Assembly (NCBI GenBank): GCA_965250005.1
Contig: OZ252279.1
Span: 480,001-512,000, forward strand
Direction: 5' to 3'
DNA length: 32,000 bases
DNA from: Demequinaceae bacterium
GTDB taxonomy: Bacteria; Actinomycetota; Actinomycetes; Actinomycetales; Demequinaceae
In this document: positions 27,301 to 32,000 of the stretch, piece by piece
Position numbering within the stretch: position 1 is the first letter of the stretch
Layout: each line of letters opens with the position of its first letter
Translations under genes and position numbers: made by a program
The notes under the pieces: model-generated
The model's database searches: none
Seen by the model: the letters and a program-made list of their open reading frames with translations, nothing else
What the model was told of the DNA's origin: nothing

Positions 27301-27333
27301 ATGAGAATACAGCAAGAAACGCTAGAACAGTCT
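27301..27333 (+). CDS. 5' portion of a phage ORF split by integration; remainder is 20309-20584
   Basis: GGAGAGG-7 nt-ATG; MRIQQETLEQS, in frame with the 20309 ORF when the shared repeats are joined. Confidence 0.65.
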
Positions 27334-27348
27334 GTGCATTATCGGCGT
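27333..27348. other. attR: dif core plus XerC arm copy
   Basis: TGTGCATTATCGGCGT identical to 20308-20323; adjacent left arm CTAGAACAGTC does not match the XerD arm AATTGACATAA. Confidence 0.8.
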
Positions 27349-27530
27349 TCAACTACGGTGATCGAATCCATGGGCCGCGTCGCCTCGGCAGCCGACAACG
27401 CTGCCATGGATAGCTTCTGGTCACTGCTTCAAACAAACGTGCTCAACCAGCAACGCTGGGCCACCCAACAAGAACTACGACTCGCCATCGCCGTCTGGAT
27501 AGAACGGACTTACCACCGGCACCGACTCCT
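27349..27530 (+). pseudogene. C-terminal remnant of an IS3-like (DDE) transposase, host side of attR
   Basis: VIESMGRVASAADNAAMDSFWSLLQTNVLNQQRWATQQELRLAIAVWIERTYHRHR resembles the DNAxxESF region of IS3-group transposases. Confidence 0.65.
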
Positions 27531-27598
27531 GGCCCGTAGGTCCTGGTTTCGAGCCCCACGGGGACCATGCTCGTTGCGCCAGGCAGCTGAAGCTGCTA

Positions 27599-28093
27599 GG
27601 TCACCGCCACCGCCACGTCCGATGCGTCGTTAACGGGCACGTCGACGCTCGTGAACGACACCGCGGGGCCCCCAATTAGTGCCGTCGAGTCAAACACGAC
27701 CGCACCGGCTTCGTCGAGTAGCGCAAGGTTGAGCGTACTGCCGATGCATGAACCGTCGACATCGTTCACGGTGACAGTGGTGATCGCGTGGGCCGCGGTT
27801 GCGGCGTCCCATCCGATGGCGTACGACACCGTGAACCCGCCGGCATTGCAGGACACGACGTCGTGCTCCCCTGCGCTCACGCTGCGGGTGTTGACAGAAA
27901 GCTGAGACGCCGATGCGATGCCTAAGCCCACGATGCCGACCAGGAAAAACTCCACCGCAAAAAGGCGATTGAACCTGACTGTGCGGACCCCCCGCTGCTG
28001 CTCTCGATGAGCCGGTGCGGGCCGCACGTCGCCCCCTGCCCCGACGGCAGCTGTGCCGTCCGTTGCGCCAAGTGCGAACCCGTGATGACTCAT
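27599..28093 (-). CDS. putative secreted/membrane-anchored protein; start uncertain
   Basis: Internal hydrophobic segment LFAVEFFLVGIVGLGIASASQLSV followed by a small beta-rich domain. Confidence 0.5.
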
Positions 28094-28217
28094 ACTTCAA
28101 CGCTAATTCGATGCCGTCAACCCTGACCTCATACGTGACGAATCAGACCAGTGCGATGTGACACTTTCACCACCCGTTTGGGGGCGCCGCCCGTGGGGAC
28201 TCGCGTGCGGTGCGCAA

Positions 28218-29709
28218 CTACGCTGTATCGTCCGCAGTGGTGCTCCCAAGCCCTTCGTGGATCCCGTTCAGGAGCGGCATACCGTCCCTGATGTCTCCAG
28301 AGACTTCCCAGAACATGACGCCGCCGTAACCGTTTTTCATCACGAATTGGCTCTTGAGTTTCATCACGTCCGGGTTGTCATAGTTCCACCACTCGCCTGT
28401 GTCCGGATTGCAGATGTAGAAAGTTCCACTGAGCGGGTCAAACGTGCTCGTGAATGTGGATTCTCTGGGGGCAAGTTGGTGGTAGTCGTTAAATCCGGCC
28501 TCGAACTGGCCGGGAGCGGGTCCCGTGGCCGCTTGCCAGCGTCCATTTGCTCCATCCGGACCCGCCTCGACACCGGTCCAGCCGCGCGCGTAGAAGGGCG
28601 TGCCCAGAACCAACTTATCGGCCGAGAACCCGGCGTCTGCCCAAACCTTCATGGCACTCTCGGCGCTCAGATTGCCGGCCGCGGAGGGAGAATCGGGAGT
28701 GGCGTACAGGTTCGCGTGGAAGTCCGTTGGACCTTCGGAATCCCACGCTCCGTGGAAATCGTAGGCCATCACATTGATGAAATCCATGTAAGGCTCGAAT
28801 CCCGGAACGTCGTACCCGGCGTCCAGTTTCTCCTGCGTGGCCGGAACCGCGGCCGTGAGGAAGTAGTAGTCCTTCGACTCTTGGCTTGCCTCCGTCAACT
28901 GCTCCCGAAACTCCTTCATCAGGAGCACGAAGTTAGCTTTGTCGTCGGGGCTCACCGTGTTGCCGGGCTTGCCTTCGGAGCCGGGGTACTCCCAGTCCAC
29001 GTCGATTCCGTCGAACAATCCGCGATAGTCCAGGTTGGTAATAAAAAGGTCAACACAGGACGAGACCAAGGTCTTGCGGCCTTCGTCGGTGGCCGCGGCC
29101 TCTGAGAAGTGCTTCGACCACGTCCACCCGCCCAGGGAAATCAACACGCGAAGGTGCGGATGGATCTCCTTGGCTCTTGCCAGTTGGTCAAAGTTGCCTC
29201 GCATCGCGTCCGATGGAATATTTTCCACCCCGTCGACGGAGGTCTCTGCGGTATATCCGCCGATCAAGTCGGGGATGGGGTCTCCGATGGCGCAAATGAT
29301 GTCACCGTCGTCGTTGGACGTTACGTTGCTGAAAGCGTAGTTGACGTGGGTGACGCGTGCTGCAGCTCCCGAATAGACAAAATCTTTGACGTGGTAATCG
29401 CGGGCGTAGTAGCCCCACGAAATGAAGTAGCCCACTACGCGCTTGCAATCAGGGGGAGCGATTACCTGCGGCACCTTGGGCACTTCCATGGAGCTGCGGC
29501 CCTCGGAGAGCGGCGTCGTGGTGCCGTGCGCGGGGGGGGATATCGCGGAAATCCTCCGTGGGGACGGGAGTCGAGCATCCCACGGACGCGAGCACCAGCG
29601 AGGCGGTTGCGGCGGTTGCGGCGGTTGCGGCGGTTGCGGCGGTTGCGGCGGTTGCGGCGGTTGCGGCGGTTGCGGCGGTTGCGGCGGTTGCCAAGAGTCG
29701 TTTGAACAT
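28218..29709 (-). CDS. GH18 chitinase-like lipoprotein, apparently frameshifted near 29532-29539
   Basis: GLFDGIDVDWEYPG (DxxDxDxE). True 5' end is GGAGG-AAAA-ATG at 29709 encoding MFKRLL(ATA)10SLVLASVGCS in a different frame. Confidence 0.85.
29532..29539 (-). repeat. C8 homopolymer (coding strand) at the GH18 frame break
   Basis: Plus strand GCGCGGGGGGGGATAT: eight Gs. Confidence 0.9.
29602..29691 (-). repeat. 10 perfect tandem copies of a 9-bp unit in the signal-peptide region
   Basis: Plus-strand unit GGCGGTTGC x10; coding strand GCAACCGCC = Ala-Thr-Ala. Confidence 0.97.
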
Positions 29710-30051
29710 TTTTCCTCCGTGAGAATCGCGCGGGTCAGGTAGCGCGCGGCTTCGGTCGGCTCGACAACGTTGTGACCGTGGCACACACGCTAGTAGAAAC
29801 GCCCCTCCCCACGTCCACGGCAGACATATACGTAGATTGAACCGCCCTCAAATGGATGGTCACATCGTTCTGGCGGTATGACGCTTCGACGCAGTATTGG
29901 GCTCCAATTCTCTGCAACGTGCCGTTCAACTATTCATCGCGTTAACGGCTAAACTTTGGCATACGGCTTCGATTGTGGATCGCGGGAACAAACGGCGATC
30001 TGATTGCGTTGAGATCTTGTTGGGCGCGTATCCCATCAAAGAGAGGAAAAC

Positions 30052-30390
30052 ATGGCTGACCGAGCACTTCGCGGGATGCGACTAGGCACACAAAGCATGG
30101 AAACCGCGGCAGGAGCGGACTATGCGGCGCGAACGGACGTCGTTTACGACTGCCCGAACGGACACGTCATCACCATGCCGTTCTCCGTCGAGGCCGACGT
30201 CCCCGCAATATGGGACTGCCACTGCGGAACAGTCGCGTTAATCCGCCACGGCGAAATGCCTGAGCCTAAAGTTGAGAAGCACGTGAGGACGCACTGGGAC
30301 ATGCTCTTGGAGCGCCGCAGCATCCCTGAACTCGAAGTCATCCTCAAAGAACGTCTCGACCTGCTTCGCGCCGGCCGCCTGGGTGTCTAG
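30052..30390 (+). CDS. rbpA: RNA polymerase-binding protein RbpA
   Basis: MADRALRGMRLGTQSMET...YDCPNGHVITMPFSVEADVPAIWDCHCGTVA...KPVRTHWDMLLERRS-type RbpA sequence (here KHVRTHWDMLLERRS). Confidence 0.95.
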   Translation: MADRALRGMRLGTQSMETAAGADYAARTDVVYDCPNGHVITMPFSVEADVPAIWDCHCGTVALIRHGEMPEPKVEKHVRTHWDMLLERRSIPELEVILKERLDLLRAGRLGV

Positions 30391-30414
30391 AGCCCTCAGG
30401 GCGCCCCACTCCGC

Positions 30415-31170
30415 CTAGGACCGCTCGCGTCGTCTGAACAGGCGCGTGAGTTGGCGGAACCTGTGAGCCACGCCCCAGACCGTCACCTTCCAGAAGGCCT
30501 CACGCACGATGTCGGTGCTCATTTTGGACACGCCGTGGGTCCGCTCCACAAACTCGATCGGCACCTCTGCGACCGATGCGCCAGCCCGCACCGCGCGCCA
30601 CGTCATGTCCACCTGGAAGCAATATCCCTGCGAGGCGACACTCTCAAGGTCTAGTTGACGTAACGTCGCCGCATGGTACGCGCGGAATCCTGCCGTTGCG
30701 TCCTTTACCTTGATTCCCAGCGCCATGCGTACGTAGGTGTTCGCTCCCACGGAAAGTAACTTGCGGCTCGTAGGCCAGTTGACGACGCTACCGCCGGGCA
30801 CCCACCGCGCGCCGACAACTAGGTCCGACTCCCCCGTCTTTGCCAGCAAGTCGGGAAGCTGTTTGGCCTGGTGCGAGCCGTCCGCGTCCATCTCGACGAG
30901 TATCTCGTAGTCGTGGTCGAACCCCCAGGCGAAGCCCGCTAGATACGCTGCGCCCAAACCCTGCTTCGATTCGCGGTGGAGCACGTTGACGTGCTTGTCG
31001 TTCTTTGCGACGGAGTCCGCCCATTCCCCTGTTCCATCCGGGGAGCCGTCGTCCACCACCAAAATGTCCACGTCCGGAGAGTGCTCGCGCACTCCCGCTA
31101 TCTGACGCGGTAGCGACTCGAGCTCGTTGTACGTCGGGATGATGATCAGCGTCTTCACTCCCACACCCAC
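30415..31170 (-). CDS. polyprenol monophosphomannose synthase (GT2); GTG 31158 is an alternative start
   Basis: TLIIIPTYNELESLP, VLVVDDGSPDGTGE-like and EMDADGSHQ motifs. Confidence 0.92.
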   Translation of the reverse strand: MGVGVKTLIIIPTYNELESLPRQIAGVREHSPDVDILVVDDGSPDGTGEWADSVAKNDKHVNVLHRESKQGLGAAYLAGFAWGFDHDYEILVEMDADGSHQAKQLPDLLAKTGESDLVVGARWVPGGSVVNWPTSRKLLSVGANTYVRMALGIKVKDATAGFRAYHAATLRQLDLESVASQGYCFQVDMTWRAVRAGASVAEVPIEFVERTHGVSKMSTDIVREAFWKVTVWGVAHRFRQLTRLFRRRERS

Positions 31171-32000
31171 CTTCCCCTGAGGCTCTTACCCCAGACGATA
31201 GCGACTATCGCGAACGGGAACAGGAGGAAGGCCCAATCCAGGAAGGCGCCGATACGCACGGCAGGGGTCAGCGACGTTCGCAACGGCAGTTGGGCTGCCA
31301 TGTGGTCCGACGTGAAAAGCAGCGTGCTGTCGATCACGCGCCCGTTTGGCGCAACGATGCCACTAACACCCACGGTCGACACCTGGATGGTGGCGCGGCC
31401 CGTCTCAATCGCCCGGAGGCGAGTCATGGCCAGCTGCTGCTCGGACTCCGCCGTGACACCGAACGACGCATTGTTGGTCTGCACAACAATGATCTCCGCG
31501 CCCGCGTTCACGGCATTTCGAACGAGCGGGTCGTACGCGACCTCGAAGCAGATCACGTCACCGATGACCACCGTGCGATCAAGCCGTTCGAGCGGCAGGT
31601 CGACGGTGCCGACTCCCATGCCCGCGATCATGTCGGTCCGCACCCGATCCACTTCCTCAGAGAAGAGTCGAGCGATGCTCCGCATAGGGATGTATTCAGC
31701 GAAGGGCGCCGGGTGCTGCTTGTTGTACACGTCCAGGACGCCGCCCTGTTCGTCAATCAGCAGCGCAGTGTTGAGCCTGCCATTCTCCGGGGAAAAATCG
31801 ACCGTGCCGAGCAGGATGGGCGCGCCCAGGGCCTGGGCCGCTGCCTTCACGCCATCGGCGGTTACCCTATCGATCCGGGGGTCGATATCTGCGGCATTCT
31901 CAGCCCAAACCACGAGGTCCAGGTCAAACCCTTCGCCCGCAAGCGCCAACGACTCGTCGACGTGGTTATTCGTGACCTGCCTAGCCTGATTGAACGAATC
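31155..32000 (-). CDS. lnt: apolipoprotein N-acyltransferase, C-terminal part; continues off the right edge
   Basis: VVWAENAAD, YNKQHPAPFAEYIP, GDVICFEVAYDPLVRN and VVQTNNASFG; terminal TM segment. Confidence 0.9.
   Translation of the reverse strand, partial: DSFNQARQVTNNHVDESLALAGEGFDLDLVVWAENAADIDPRIDRVTADGVKAAAQALGAPILLGTVDFSPENGRLNTALLIDEQGGVLDVYNKQHPAPFAEYIPMRSIARLFSEEVDRVRTDMIAGMGVGTVDLPLERLDRTVVIGDVICFEVAYDPLVRNAVNAGAEIIVVQTNNASFGVTAESEQQLAMTRLRAIETGRATIQVSTVGVSGIVAPNGRVIDSTLLFTSDHMAAQLPLRTSLTPAVRIGAFLDWAFLLFPFAIVAIVWGKSLRGRWVWE

Larger units (their letters stand above)
20308..27332 (+). mobile_element. inovirus-like (filamentous phage) prophage, 7,025 bp, Xer/dif-integrated candidate
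   Basis: Small membrane-protein genes, pVIII-like, pIII-like, pVI-like, Zot and HUH Rep genes in one direction; no integrase; flanked by 16-bp perfect direct repeats TGTGCATTATCGGCGT (20308-20323 and 27333-27348). Confidence 0.88.

Noticed and set aside
27541-27576. tRNA 3'-end-like sequence GGTTTCGAGCCCCACGGGGACCA as an alternative prophage attachment site
   Set aside because: T-arm does not pair correctly, no acceptor 5' half present, and the dif-based repeats explain both ends better.
29602-29691. CRISPR-like array
   Set aside because: Contiguous 9-bp tandem repeats with no spacers.
29443-29742. 99-aa plus-strand Gly/Cys repeat ORF (CGGCGG...)
   Set aside because: Artefact of translating the 9-bp repeat array on the antisense strand.

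Overview
High-GC actinobacterial chromosome segment. The 1-20.2 kb and 28.2-32 kb parts are ordinary host genes: PPDK, SDR, DEAD-box helicase, carboxylesterase, RNB ribonuclease, VanZ-like, LMW phosphatase, YHYH protein, CDP-alcohol phosphatidyltransferase, FHA protein, two MerR regulators, TetR, pyruvate carboxylase, flavodoxin, YdcF/SanA, GH18, RbpA, DPM synthase and Lnt. The main discovery candidate is a compact 7,025-bp element at about 20308-27332. It looks like a filamentous (inovirus-like) prophage with a run of tiny overlapping membrane-protein genes, a 48-aa pVIII-like coat candidate followed by a strong terminator, a 458-aa pIII-like adsorption protein, a pVI-like protein, Zot/pI-like ATPase, HUH replication initiator, AlpA-like regulator, a reverse-strand DUF2510/PH cargo gene and a 93-aa pV-like candidate. 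It has no integrase. Its left end is a canonical actinobacterial dif site (20297-20324). A 16-bp copy of the dif core plus XerC arm recurs at 27333-27348 with a degenerate XerD arm, suggesting Xer-dependent integration. Joining the ends in silico creates a 102-aa ORF across attP that integration splits. The element also carries two 52-nt structured repeats with compensatory stem changes, a three-member family of TTAGCG-loop hairpins upstream of rep and of the pV-like gene, a 16-bp inverted repeat plus terminator-like hairpin inside the start of rep, and a palindrome-rich control region. Separately, the GH18 gene combines ten perfect 9-bp repeats in its lipoprotein signal sequence with an out-of-frame C8 tract, suggesting phase variation or an indel.
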